DNA of 34,785 nucleotides from Candidatus Fraserbacteria bacterium (GTDB taxonomy: Bacteria > Bipolaricaulota > Bipolaricaulia > RBG-16-55-9), in the NCBI GenBank assembly GCA_037443265.1, contig JBBIOR010000017.1, forward strand, positions 3,354-38,138, read 5' to 3'. Below the pieces are notes generated by a model. The model was not told the DNA's origin. It saw nothing but the letters and a program-made list of their open reading frames with translations, and searched no databases. Below, one piece after another: positions 17,758 to 27,274 of the stretch (position 1 is its first letter; the number at the start of each line of letters is the position of its first letter). Position numbers and translations under genes: made by a program.

Positions 17758-17786
17758 AGTATGCGCCAATGCCGGAAAGATTGCAA
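17758..17786 (-). promoter_or_regulatory. Putative internal promoter for the small gene + Rad52 pair
   Basis: TTGCAA-17 nt-CATACT in the 45-nt gap after tsaE. Confidence 0.5.
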
Positions 17787-17787
17787 A

Positions 17788-18237
17788 TCAAGCGCGCCCC
17801 CAGAGTCGGATCCGGCGACGATCTCCCTCTAGGATCTCGAGCTGGATCTCCATGGCATCCGGCGGGGCGATCTCTCGAACCTTCTCACCCCACTCGATGA
17901 CCATGATTCCCGGCCTTTGAAAATACTCTTCGAGGCCGACTTCTAGCAGCTCTCTGGGATCACGAATGCGATAGGCGTCCACATGATAGAGCGGGATCTT
18001 CCCGTCGTATTCTCGAATCAAGACGAATGTGGGCGAGATGACTGCTCTGGGATCGATGCCGAGCCCTTCTGCCACGCCTTGCACCAGGGTCGTCTTACCT
18101 GCGCCGAGGTCTCCCATCAACAGCAGGCAATCTCCGGGCTTAAGCCTCTGGGCGAGCCCGCGCCCCCAGGCTCGGGTCTCCTCCGGGCTTTGGGTGAAAA
18201 ATTCAGTCCATGGCCGGGATCTCGCGGACCCCTTCAT
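17788..18237 (-). CDS. tsaE: tRNA threonylcarbamoyladenosine biosynthesis ATPase TsaE
   Basis: GDLGAGKTT, SPTF, HVDAYR, IEW motifs. Confidence 0.95.
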   Translation of the reverse strand: MKGSARSRPWTEFFTQSPEETRAWGRGLAQRLKPGDCLLLMGDLGAGKTTLVQGVAEGLGIDPRAVISPTFVLIREYDGKIPLYHVDAYRIRDPRELLEVGLEEYFQRPGIMVIEWGEKVREIAPPDAMEIQLEILEGDRRRIRLWGRA

Positions 18238-19099
18238 CGCCGATCTCCAACACCAGATTGTCGATGAGGCGCGTCTGGCCGATGTAGACCGCCAACGCTA
18301 TAGCAAACCGGCCCTCCAGCCGCTTCATGGGCTTAAGGCACTCTAAATCCACGATCTCGATGTAGTCGATGCGGGCCCGGCGAGCCCGAGAGATCTCGCT
18401 CTTTATGCCATCTATGACCGCCGATGTCCGTCGCTCTCCGGACTCGATGAGCTTTTTGGCGCGCTCTAGAGCCCGATAGAGGACGGTGCTCTCCGCTCGC
18501 TCTTCGGGCTTAAGATACGAGTTGCGCGAGCTCATGGCCAGACCATCGGGCTCGCGCACGGTGGGACCGGCGATGATCTTGATGGGGAAATTGAGATCTT
18601 GCACTAAGCGTTTGATGATGAGGAGCTGCTGAAGGTCTTTTTGACCGAAGACGGCCACGTCCGGCTGAATGATATTGAAAAGCTTCGAGACGACGAGCAC
18701 AACTCCTGCGAAGTGCCCTGGCCGCTTCGGCCCGCAGAGATGATCTGCCAGATCGCGAATCTCGAATTGAATTTTCACGGGCTCGGGATAGATCTCCTCT
18801 ACGGAAGGGGCAAAGAGGAGGTCAGCTCCGCGAGCCTCAACGAGCCGGCGGTCCCGCTCGAAATCCCGGGGATATCTCTCGAAGTCTTCCTGGGGGCCAA
18901 ACTGCGTGGGGTTCACGAAGATGCTCACTACGACGTACTCGGCGTGTTCTTTCGCTAGGTCGATCAGGCGCAGATGCCCCTCGTGCAGATATCCCATAGT
19001 GGGGACGAAGCCAATTCTCTGGCCCGCTCGGCGCACGCCGGAGAGCAGTCGGCGGGCCTCCCCAATCGTGCCGGTGATCTTGAGCCGAGAGCCGCCCAT
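18203..19099 (-). CDS. panC: Pantoate--beta-alanine ligase
   Basis: FVPTMGYLHEGH, SIFVNPTQF, RPGHF, FGQKD, DGLAMSSRN, RLIDN. Confidence 0.97.
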   Translation of the reverse strand: MGGSRLKITGTIGEARRLLSGVRRAGQRIGFVPTMGYLHEGHLRLIDLAKEHAEYVVVSIFVNPTQFGPQEDFERYPRDFERDRRLVEARGADLLFAPSVEEIYPEPVKIQFEIRDLADHLCGPKRPGHFAGVVLVVSKLFNIIQPDVAVFGQKDLQQLLIIKRLVQDLNFPIKIIAGPTVREPDGLAMSSRNSYLKPEERAESTVLYRALERAKKLIESGERRTSAVIDGIKSEISRARRARIDYIEIVDLECLKPMKRLEGRFAIALAVYIGQTRLIDNLVLEIGDEGVREIPAMD

Positions 19100-19106
19100 A
19101 AAGCCC

Positions 19107-21998
19107 TCAGAGCAGCGGCGTCCAAAAGCGCCAGTAGAATTGCAGTGCGCGCTCTTCTCCCTCTGAGACGGTCAGCGGCAAGGCTCCGCCGAGCACCACT
19201 TCCCAAGGGAAGAGGCCTCCCAGCGTCCGTCCTTGCAGGCTCACCTCAAAGCCGATCTCGAGTTTGAGATCTCTGGCAAGATCCACTTCGCTTAAGCTAC
19301 TCCACGTGTTCCCAAAGCGCACAAACAGCCGCTCACTGATATCATGGAGCACGGCGACGTTGAGGAGGTTGTACCCCATCTCCCGCTGGAAGGGAAGATT
19401 TAGGCCCAGCTGCCCCAGCCATCGCACGTCTCCAACATAAGGGAAGCCGGAAGCCACGCTATAGCTGACTAGCTCTTGCAGATCGAAATGGAAGATCCCC
19501 AAGGTGCCCTCACCCCAGCCGAAACTGAGCCGCGCGTCCAAGTAGAACTGCGTCCAGAGCCGAACGCTCTTCCAAAGGCCGATCTCCACGCGCCGAAAGG
19601 CCTCAGGATCCGTGAGAAGCGACGCCCACATCGCAAAGCGCTGGGTAAGCAACTCCCGATGGAGCCAGGTCACGCCCACCACATTGGCGATGCGCCCCGT
19701 GGCCTCATAGCGCTTATCCAGAGTGGGAATGCCCGTCTCGTCCGGGCGACGCAGCAGCGTCAACTCCACTTGATCGGTCGCTTCCCAAAGACGCCCCACC
19801 AGCCCCACAGAGGGGAATGAGAAGAACGTCTGGTTCCACGAAAGCTGTCCCATCAGTCCCTCGTTTGTGCGCGCCACAAGAGCGCTCAGGGTGTTCCCTC
19901 GCCCAAAGTTTTTGACAAAGGCCGCAAAGCCCGCTCCCAGCAGCCAGCGATGGTCCAGAAGAAACCCCCCTTCGAGGATCTGCCCCAGGGGATTGAAGCG
20001 GATCAGATACGCGTCTAGGGGAAGGTCGTTCTCGCCCGTGGCGAGGATCTGGACTTTCCGATTGAAGAACGGTAGCCCATCGATCACATAGGAGTTGTTC
20101 AGGCGGTCGACATCGGGCACTAAGCTCTGCGGATCCACTTGGACTTCCTTGAGGGCGCTCTCAGTGTCGAAGACCATTACGAATCGCCCGTCGGCTTGAT
20201 CTTCGATCTTCCAGATCTGCTTCTGCTCCTCTGCGCTCCTCGTGCGGGCCACGACCTCGACGGGCATCTTAAGCCCACCATACCGGAAGAGATAGACCCG
20301 ATGTTCATAGGTGCCATCGGTCTTCCGACGGGAATCGACTCGCGCGATCCCATAGTCGGCATAGGGCGCGCGGCCTTCTTCTTCGTATTCGTAGGAGGAA
20401 TCGCGGTGGAGAGAAGCGGCGAAGAATTCACGGAGATCTTGGCCGGAGATCTCTTGGGCGAGGGCTTCAAATTGCTCCACGGTCGCGATACGATACAGAG
20501 AGCGCTCATAGGCAGCCTTCAACAGGCGATCCATGGCCTCCTGGCCGATGAGTCCACGCAGTGCTCGTAGCATGAGATAGCCCTTGTTATAGAGGCGCTC
20601 TTCAGAGGCATTCAGGAACTTGACGTCCGACTGGGGCTTGACGATGGCCTCGTCAAATCGATTCTTGACCATCGCCACATAGGGCAGCTCTCCCTCGAGG
20701 TGCTCGCGCAAGTTGATGTAGCCAAACTGGGATTTGACGAATCTCTCCAGAAGGCCATCGCGCTCCAGCTGAAAGACGTTGGGGCCGAAGGCTCCATACT
20801 TGTCCTCAAAGTACGTGATGGAAAAATATTGTGCCACGGACTCGCTCAGGAAACCTTCCGCGTTTCCATCGGAGCCAATGCCGATCCCCCACCATTGGTG
20901 GGCCACTTCGTGCGCGATGAGGTAATCCAGAAAGCGATCGAGCAGGCCGCCCACGGCGAGATCTTTCTCCGTAAAGAGCCTTTGATTGAGCAAGATGAGC
21001 GCATTGGCCGCCGCACCCGCGAAGCCCGCTTCCGTCGAGGGCGTCTCGGCGATCAGAAGTCGACGCTGGGGATACTCTCCCCAGCGCTCGCGATAGTATT
21101 TCAAGCTCTCAATCGCGTAGCTGGCGATCAGCCGTGCCGAGGCCTCCCCTCCGGGCAGATAGTAAACGAGAATGGGAGTCTCCCCCTCCGCCAGCTCATA
21201 GACGCGCCAATCGGAGCTCAAGCTCAAAGGAACCGAGCGCACGGGGATGGCGCTTAGCGCATGAACCTTCCTCTCGTTCTCCGTCTCTTCGAGGATCTCT
21301 TCGTGGTCTGCCCCGATGACAGCCCGGTAGCTCTTGGGCAGCGTGAGCGTGAGATCATAAAGTGCCGCGGGCAAGATGTTTTTGTAATAGGCACGCTGGG
21401 GTGAGAGATACTCACCGTCGATCAGTTCTTGCGCCGGGATCGCGATCGGGTTCCACCCGAACCGCCACGTATAGACCCCTCGATAGTGCGCTCTATCACC
21501 GCGCAGACTGTGAGGAAATTTCGTGGAGAAACGAATGATGAGCTTCGCTGGCTCTCCGGGCGGGAGCTCCTTGGGAAGCTCCACGCGCAGCAGCGTGTCC
21601 TTCCGTGAGTACGTCTGGAAGATGGCCGGCCCCTCCAGAAGCTCGTACGGGAGCGGAGCCCCTTCGAGATCCGTGACGGAGTGGATCCTCGTCCAAGCGG
21701 GATCGAAGCCGGAGGGATAGAGAGCGTCTATGTAGCTTGGATCCAGATAGGGATTGGGTTCTTGATCATAATTGGGCAGGAGCCAGAAATAGATCGCCCG
21801 TAGAGTCTCACGGGAGTCGTTGACGTACTCTACGATCTCCTGGCCTGAAAGCAGCTGTCGCTCCGGCTGGAAGGCGATATCCAGCGTGTAGTGGCTGTAG
21901 CCCGACCGCTCGGGAGGAGCGCCTGCCTCCAGCTGCCCGCTGAGAGCCATCAGCGGCCAGAGATAGCAGATGAAGAAGACCCACCACCGCCTTCTCAC
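19107..21998 (-). CDS. Exported M1/gluzincin-family metallopeptidase with long C-terminal beta-rich extension
   Basis: Signal peptide; HEVAH-x18-E zinc motif; YNKG..ML..L motif; VDP.....D..R.NN domain end; AAGGAGG RBS. Confidence 0.85.
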   Translation of the reverse strand: MRRRWWVFFICYLWPLMALSGQLEAGAPPERSGYSHYTLDIAFQPERQLLSGQEIVEYVNDSRETLRAIYFWLLPNYDQEPNPYLDPSYIDALYPSGFDPAWTRIHSVTDLEGAPLPYELLEGPAIFQTYSRKDTLLRVELPKELPPGEPAKLIIRFSTKFPHSLRGDRAHYRGVYTWRFGWNPIAIPAQELIDGEYLSPQRAYYKNILPAALYDLTLTLPKSYRAVIGADHEEILEETENERKVHALSAIPVRSVPLSLSSDWRVYELAEGETPILVYYLPGGEASARLIASYAIESLKYYRERWGEYPQRRLLIAETPSTEAGFAGAAANALILLNQRLFTEKDLAVGGLLDRFLDYLIAHEVAHQWWGIGIGSDGNAEGFLSESVAQYFSITYFEDKYGAFGPNVFQLERDGLLERFVKSQFGYINLREHLEGELPYVAMVKNRFDEAIVKPQSDVKFLNASEERLYNKGYLMLRALRGLIGQEAMDRLLKAAYERSLYRIATVEQFEALAQEISGQDLREFFAASLHRDSSYEYEEEGRAPYADYGIARVDSRRKTDGTYEHRVYLFRYGGLKMPVEVVARTRSAEEQKQIWKIEDQADGRFVMVFDTESALKEVQVDPQSLVPDVDRLNNSYVIDGLPFFNRKVQILATGENDLPLDAYLIRFNPLGQILEGGFLLDHRWLLGAGFAAFVKNFGRGNTLSALVARTNEGLMGQLSWNQTFFSFPSVGLVGRLWEATDQVELTLLRRPDETGIPTLDKRYEATGRIANVVGVTWLHRELLTQRFAMWASLLTDPEAFRRVEIGLWKSVRLWTQFYLDARLSFGWGEGTLGIFHFDLQELVSYSVASGFPYVGDVRWLGQLGLNLPFQREMGYNLLNVAVLHDISERLFVRFGNTWSSLSEVDLARDLKLEIGFEVSLQGRTLGGLFPWEVVLGGALPLTVSEGEERALQFYWRFWTPLL

Positions 21999-22050
21999 GC
22001 AGATCCCTCCTTGCTGGATGAGGCCATCTTAGAGAATACCAGAGCGAAAT

Positions 22051-23514
22051 TCAATGAGGCTTTTGCGAGGAGACCGGCTCGGGGAGCTTGAGCCGGACTT
22101 TTAGGATCTCTCGGGCCGTGGAGCTTTCGACGATGAGCTCTACGCCATCGATGGTGATGGAGCGGCCGGGGCGCGGAATCTCCTCCAGACGCTGAGTGAT
22201 CAGCCCTCCGATCGTGACGGCTCCCTCCAGAGGCAGAGCCAGCCCTAGCTCCTCGTTGATCAGGCTGAGCTCGGCGTCTCCTTCGACTAAGAACTCCCGA
22301 GGAGCCAGTTGTCGAATGGGCTTCTGCGGAGTATCGTACTCATCGCTGATCTCCCCTACGATCTCTTCGAGGATGTCTTCGAGGGTGACGATGCCCGCCA
22401 TGCTGCCGAACTCATCGACCACAATGGCCATGTGCTTCTTGTTCCGCTGAAACTCGCGGAGTAGATCGCTGATGGGCTTGATGGTGGGCGTAAAGAACGG
22501 CGGACGCACGAGATCCCGTAGCGTGACGCGCTTCAAGCGTTCGCGCAGCTCATCCATGGCCCTCTTGATCTCGTTCTGCTCCCCCACGATGGCCTGATAG
22601 GCCGGATCGCTCTTGGGGTCCACCCCGCGTGCCTTGGCCTGCTCTTCCGCCGCCTTCAAGCTCTGGGGAAGCTCCTCTTGCAGCTTGCGCCGATATTCTT
22701 CTAATCTCTGCTTTTCCGCATAGCCGAAGCGCAGGAGATCCTTAGCGTGCAGGATCCCAATCACGTTGTCCCGCGTGCCTTCATAGACGGGATAGCGGGA
22801 GTGGCCCTCTCGAGCGATGATCTCCCGGACTTGGGTAAGTGGGGTCTCCACGGAGATTGAGACGACCTCTGGGCGCGGGACCATGACCTGACGAGTCACC
22901 AGGTCATCATACGTCAAGATCTTCCAGATCATGCGCTCCTCCTCCTCGTCGAGCAAGCCGTGCTCTTCGGCAGCCTCCAGCAAGAATCGGATCTGATCGT
23001 CGCTGGCGGCAGCAGGCCCCTTCTCCTCCTCCGGCAGCCTCACCAGCCGGCGTAGGGTACGGGCGATCCCCTGGGAGAGCGTAGCCAAGGGCATCAACAG
23101 CCAGAGGAGAGGAGCGGCGAAGCGCAGAAAGCGCAAGAGCCAATCACCCGTCTGCCCCCTTCCGACGTATTTGGGAAAGAGCTCGCCTAACACGATGAGA
23201 TAAAGCGTCGCCGCCACGAAGGCCAGTACAGCTCTCATCCCCATGTTCAGCTGTGGGAAGAGCTCAAAGGCCAGCCAAGCCGTTAAAATCCCCGCGGCCA
23301 CCAGAGTCATATCGGTCGCCAGCGCCATCGCGGAGAGGATGCGCTGAGGAGCGGCGCGCAGCGCTTCCAGCAGGCGGCGATGCTCAGGATGTGCCTTAAG
23401 CAAGGCCGTCAGGCGAACTCTCCCCAGCGAGGAGACGGCAATTTCGAACGTCGTGAAGAAATCAGCCAACAGAGTTAGGAACGCCAGCACTAGGAATCCT
23501 AAGAAAGGATCCAT
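22051..23514 (-). CDS. CNNM/hemolysin-family (DUF21-CBS-CBS-CorC) Mg/Co transporter
   Basis: GELFPK, VMVPR, GHSRYPVY, AIVVDEFG..AGIVTLEDILEEIVGEISDEYD, TIGG; GAGGTG RBS before ATG 23514. Confidence 0.92.
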   Translation of the reverse strand: MDPFLGFLVLAFLTLLADFFTTFEIAVSSLGRVRLTALLKAHPEHRRLLEALRAAPQRILSAMALATDMTLVAAGILTAWLAFELFPQLNMGMRAVLAFVAATLYLIVLGELFPKYVGRGQTGDWLLRFLRFAAPLLWLLMPLATLSQGIARTLRRLVRLPEEEKGPAAASDDQIRFLLEAAEEHGLLDEEEERMIWKILTYDDLVTRQVMVPRPEVVSISVETPLTQVREIIAREGHSRYPVYEGTRDNVIGILHAKDLLRFGYAEKQRLEEYRRKLQEELPQSLKAAEEQAKARGVDPKSDPAYQAIVGEQNEIKRAMDELRERLKRVTLRDLVRPPFFTPTIKPISDLLREFQRNKKHMAIVVDEFGSMAGIVTLEDILEEIVGEISDEYDTPQKPIRQLAPREFLVEGDAELSLINEELGLALPLEGAVTIGGLITQRLEEIPRPGRSITIDGVELIVESSTAREILKVRLKLPEPVSSQKPH

Positions 23515-23536
23515 TGAAGTTTGCACCTCAGATGGC

Positions 23537-23565
23537 ATTATAGGAACAGCCAGCGCGTTTTGCAA
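23537..23565 (-). promoter_or_regulatory. Sigma70-type promoter of the CNNM-peptidase-panC-tsaE cluster
   Basis: TTGCAA-17 nt-TATAAT on the minus strand. Confidence 0.7.
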
Positions 23566-23631
23566 GGACTGGCCTCATGGAGTAAGCTGGGGCACCACGT
23601 TTTGAGCATGCTCGGGGAGCATGGAGGGAGG

Positions 23632-24114
23632 GTGAGTCCCATCGAGGTAGAGGAGATCAAGGCTCTGATCGAGCTCTTTGAGCGCTCCACGCTCACGGAG
23701 CTGGTACTGGAGCGGGGCGAGATGCGGCTGTTCTTGAAACGTCAGGGGCCTGGCGGCCAGGTCCAGGCCTCCGTGACAGGAGGGAACAGCTCCATAGCTG
23801 CTACGGCAGGGACAAAGCCTGCGGAAGTGAGTCCTCCTTCCCCGACCCAAGAGGAGACCGCACCGCCGGGATATATTATAAAATCTCCGCTAGTAGGCAG
23901 ATTCTACGGCAGGCCCTCCCCCACCGAAGAGCCTTACGTGGAAGTCGGCGATCGAGTGGATGTGGGCGACACGGTATGCCTCATTGAGGCCATGAAAGTC
24001 ATGAATGAAGTGCGGGCGGAGCGGGCCGGCTTGGTCAAAGAGATCTTGGTGGAAGACGGCCAGCCGGTGGAGTATGGCCAGCCCTTGCTCATCCTCGAGC
24101 CGCTTGTGACCTAG
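23632..24114 (+). CDS. accB: Biotin carboxyl carrier protein
   Basis: SPLVG.FY..PSP, IEAMKVMNE biotinylation motif, VEYGQPL; GGAGG RBS before GTG 23632. Confidence 0.95.
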   Translation: MSPIEVEEIKALIELFERSTLTELVLERGEMRLFLKRQGPGGQVQASVTGGNSSIAATAGTKPAEVSPPSPTQEETAPPGYIIKSPLVGRFYGRPSPTEEPYVEVGDRVDVGDTVCLIEAMKVMNEVRAERAGLVKEILVEDGQPVEYGQPLLILEPLVT

Positions 24115-24117
24115 GGC

Positions 24118-25494
24118 ATGTTCAAAAAGATCCTCATTGCCAACCGGGGTGAGATCGCCCTAAGAGTGATCGAGGCTTGCCGTCAGTTGGGGATTCGTTC
24201 TGTAGCCGTCTTTTCCGAAGCCGACCGGAACTCGCTCCATGCGCGTCTGGCCGATGAGGCCTACTGCATCGGGCCTGCGGAAGCTCACTTAAGCTATCTC
24301 AACCTGGCCGCCATCATGAGTGCGGCAGAGATCTCTAAGGCCGAGGCCATCCATCCCGGCTACGGTTTTTTGGCCGAAGATCCGCATTTTGCGGAAGTTT
24401 GCGAGGAATCGAAGATCAAATTCATCGGCCCCAGCTGTTCCGTCGTGCAGCTGACGGGAGATAAGCTGGCCACCAAGCGTGAGCTGGCGAAAGCGGGCCT
24501 GCCGGTCGTTCCGGGGACAGAAGGGCTGAGCAGCGAAGCGGATGCCCTGGAGGCAGCCAAAGCCTTGGGGTATCCTCTGATCATCAAGGCCGCGGCGGGC
24601 GGCGGCGGGCGCGGCATGCGCCTGGTGCTGGAGGAAGGGCAGCTGCTGGAGCGCTTTCACGCCGCGCGGCGCGAGGCCGAGGCCGCCTTCGGCATCCCCA
24701 CCGTATACTTTGAGCGCTATCTCAAAGAAGCCCGCCACATCGAAGTCCAGATCTTGGCGGATGAGCACGGCAACGTCGTCCACTGGGGCGAGCGGGAGTG
24801 CTCCATCCAAAGACGCTATCAGAAGCTGATCGAGGAATCTCCGGCTCCCAATCTCTCTCAAAGACTGCGCGAGACGATCTGGGAGGCGGCTCTCTCCGCC
24901 GCTCGCGTGCTGGGCTATCACAATGCGGGGACGATTGAGTTCCTCCTGGTGGACAAAGAGTTTTTCGTCATCGAGATCAACGCGCGCATTCAAGTGGAGC
25001 ATCCCATCTCGGAAGAGAGGGTCGGGCGGGATTTAGTCGCAGAGCAGATCCGCATCGCGGCCGGAGAGCCCTTAGGCTATGATCAAGATGAGATTTTGCT
25101 CTCCGGCCACGCGATCGAGTGCCGGATCAATGCCGAAGATCCCTCGAGACATTTTCTGCCCTCTATGGGGCGCTTGCATGTGAAGACCTGGCCCGGCGGA
25201 CCGGGCGTGCGCATCGACACTCATATTTATGATGGCATCGAGATCACCCCTTATTACGACTCGCTGCTGGCCAAAGTGATTGCCCATGCCGAGGATCGCG
25301 AACGGGCGCGCCAGAAGATGATCGGCGCGCTGCGTCGTCTGGAGCTGGAGGGCCTGGCCACCACCCGCGATCTGTGCTTAGAGATCCTAGAGCATCCCGC
25401 CTTCGTCGCCGGCAAGACCACCACGCGCTTCTTGGAAGAACAGCTCGCGCGCGCGGAGAAAACCAGCGAGGCGAAAGTTGGCGAATCTTCCTAA
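24118..25494 (+). CDS. accC: Biotin carboxylase
   Basis: KILIANRGEIA, HPGYGFLAE, GGGGRGM, ECSIQRR.QK, N.RIQVEH, RINAED. Confidence 0.97.
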   Translation: MFKKILIANRGEIALRVIEACRQLGIRSVAVFSEADRNSLHARLADEAYCIGPAEAHLSYLNLAAIMSAAEISKAEAIHPGYGFLAEDPHFAEVCEESKIKFIGPSCSVVQLTGDKLATKRELAKAGLPVVPGTEGLSSEADALEAAKALGYPLIIKAAAGGGGRGMRLVLEEGQLLERFHAARREAEAAFGIPTVYFERYLKEARHIEVQILADEHGNVVHWGERECSIQRRYQKLIEESPAPNLSQRLRETIWEAALSAARVLGYHNAGTIEFLLVDKEFFVIEINARIQVEHPISEERVGRDLVAEQIRIAAGEPLGYDQDEILLSGHAIECRINAEDPSRHFLPSMGRLHVKTWPGGPGVRIDTHIYDGIEITPYYDSLLAKVIAHAEDRERARQKMIGALRRLELEGLATTRDLCLEILEHPAFVAGKTTTRFLEEQLARAEKTSEAKVGESS

Positions 25495-25515
25495 ACGCGC
25501 TAGAATCTCGCTCGC

Positions 25516-26829
25516 ATGTTCGATGCCTTAAGCCAGCGACTCAACTCGATTCTTACGGCACTCCGGCGCAAGGGGAGGCTTTCCGAAAGAGAGCTCGATG
25601 AGGGCTTGCGCGCAGTGCGCCGGGCGCTTTTAGAAGCCGACGTCAACTACAGAGTCGTCAAGAGATTCATCGACGATGTGCGCGCGCGGGCCATCGGGCA
25701 GAACATCCCGGAGAGTCTGACGCCCGCCCAAATGATCGTCAAGATCGTGCGCGATGCGCTCACGGCGCTTATGGCGCATGAAAGACACGAGCTTTTCACC
25801 AGCCAGCGCCCGGCCGTCTGGATGGTCGTCGGCCTGCAGGGCTCGGGCAAGACCACCACCGTCGGGAAGCTCGCCCAGCACTATGCTCGCCAAGGCAAGC
25901 GCCTGCTGCTCGCCGCCACGGATGTTAGACGGCCGGCGGCCATCGAGCAGCTCAAGCAGCTGGGGGCTCAGCTCAACGTACCCGTCTTCTCTGAGGGCCG
26001 TACGCCCCTTGAGATCGCGCAGGGGGCGCTCCAGGCGGCAAAGCAGCAGCTGGTGGAAATTCTGCTCCTGGACACGGCCGGTCGGCTCCAAGTCGACGAG
26101 ACCCTCATGCCAGAGCTCATTGAAATGAAAGAGAAGCTTTGCCCCAGCGAGATCTTGCTGGTGGCTGACGCCATGACGGGCCAGGAGGCCGTCTCCATCG
26201 CCGAAGCCTTCGATGCGCGCCTCTCTCTTACGGGCATCATTCTCACCAAGATGGACGGCGATGCCCGCGGGGGGGCGGCCCTCTCCATGGTGGCCGTGAC
26301 GGGCAAGCCCATCGTCTTTCTGGGCATAGGCGAAAAGCTCGACGATCTGGAGGCGTTCCATCCCGATCGCCTGGCTCAAAGAATTTTAGGCATGGGCGAT
26401 GTGCTGGGTTTGATTGAAGAAGTCGAGAAGAAGCTCGACCGGAAGAAGGCCGAAGAGATCGCCAAGAGGCTCGAGAAGGAGCGCTTTACGCTGGAAGATT
26501 TCTTGGATCAACTCGAGCAAGTACGCCGTCTGGGGCCGCTCGACAAACTATTAGAGAAGTTGCCGGGGATGGGAGCCATCAAGGGAGGAGGGCAGATTGA
26601 CGAGCGCGAGCTGGTGAGAGTTCAAGCCATCATCCAATCGATGACGCCTCAGGAGCGGCGTCATCCGGAGATCCTCAACGCCAGCCGCAAGAAGAGAATC
26701 GCCCGAGGAAGCGGCACACAAGTGAGCGACATCAATAGACTCTTGAAGCGTTTTGAGGAGGCGAAGCAACTGATGAAGCGCATGAAGAAGCTGGGAGGAA
26801 GGCTTCCCCAAGGCGGCTGGCCGTTTTAA
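25516..26829 (+). CDS. ffh: Signal recognition particle protein
   Basis: LLEADV, GLQGSGKTT, DTAGR, TKMDGDARGG, M-domain SMT..ER and RIARGSG. Confidence 0.98.
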   Translation: MFDALSQRLNSILTALRRKGRLSERELDEGLRAVRRALLEADVNYRVVKRFIDDVRARAIGQNIPESLTPAQMIVKIVRDALTALMAHERHELFTSQRPAVWMVVGLQGSGKTTTVGKLAQHYARQGKRLLLAATDVRRPAAIEQLKQLGAQLNVPVFSEGRTPLEIAQGALQAAKQQLVEILLLDTAGRLQVDETLMPELIEMKEKLCPSEILLVADAMTGQEAVSIAEAFDARLSLTGIILTKMDGDARGGAALSMVAVTGKPIVFLGIGEKLDDLEAFHPDRLAQRILGMGDVLGLIEEVEKKLDRKKAEEIAKRLEKERFTLEDFLDQLEQVRRLGPLDKLLEKLPGMGAIKGGGQIDERELVRVQAIIQSMTPQERRHPEILNASRKKRIARGSGTQVSDINRLLKRFEEAKQLMKRMKKLGGRLPQGGWPF

Positions 26830-26900
26830 AGCGCGGCGTCCGAGCGCACCGGCCCGGGTATCCACACAAGCCGGCTCTTTAACGGGCGGGCCAGCCAAAT

Positions 26901-26929
26901 TAGACGCCTCAAGGCAGACCCAGTATACT
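26901..26929 (+). promoter_or_regulatory. Putative promoter of the rpsP operon
   Basis: TAGACG-17 nt-TATACT. Confidence 0.55.
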
Positions 26930-26967
26930 TGAGCCCGACAAAGCTTGATTATATCGAAAGGAGCCCG

Positions 26968-27255
26968 ATGGCCACGAAGATTCGACTCAAGAGGACCGGT
27001 CGGCGAGGACAAGCCTCCTTCCGACTGGTGGTCGTCGATGAGGCCAAACCCCGCGACACCTGGGTGGTGGACGATCTAGGGTCTTACAACCCGCGCACCG
27101 AGGATCTGGCCGTGGACAACGCGAAAGCACTCGAGTGGCTGAAGAAGGGCGCTCAGCCCACACCCACAGCGCGCGCTCTGCTATCTAAAGTCGGTGCGAT
27201 CGCCCAATACGCCCGCGAGAGATACGGCTCCGCTCCTGCACCGCCTTCTGAGTAG
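26968..27255 (+). CDS. rpsP: 30S ribosomal protein S16
   Basis: KIRLKR.G, LG.YNP, WLKKGAQPT; AAAGGAG RBS. Confidence 0.96.
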   Translation: MATKIRLKRTGRRGQASFRLVVVDEAKPRDTWVVDDLGSYNPRTEDLAVDNAKALEWLKKGAQPTPTARALLSKVGAIAQYARERYGSAPAPPSE

Positions 27256-27274
27256 ATATAGCATGGGCTCGGCC

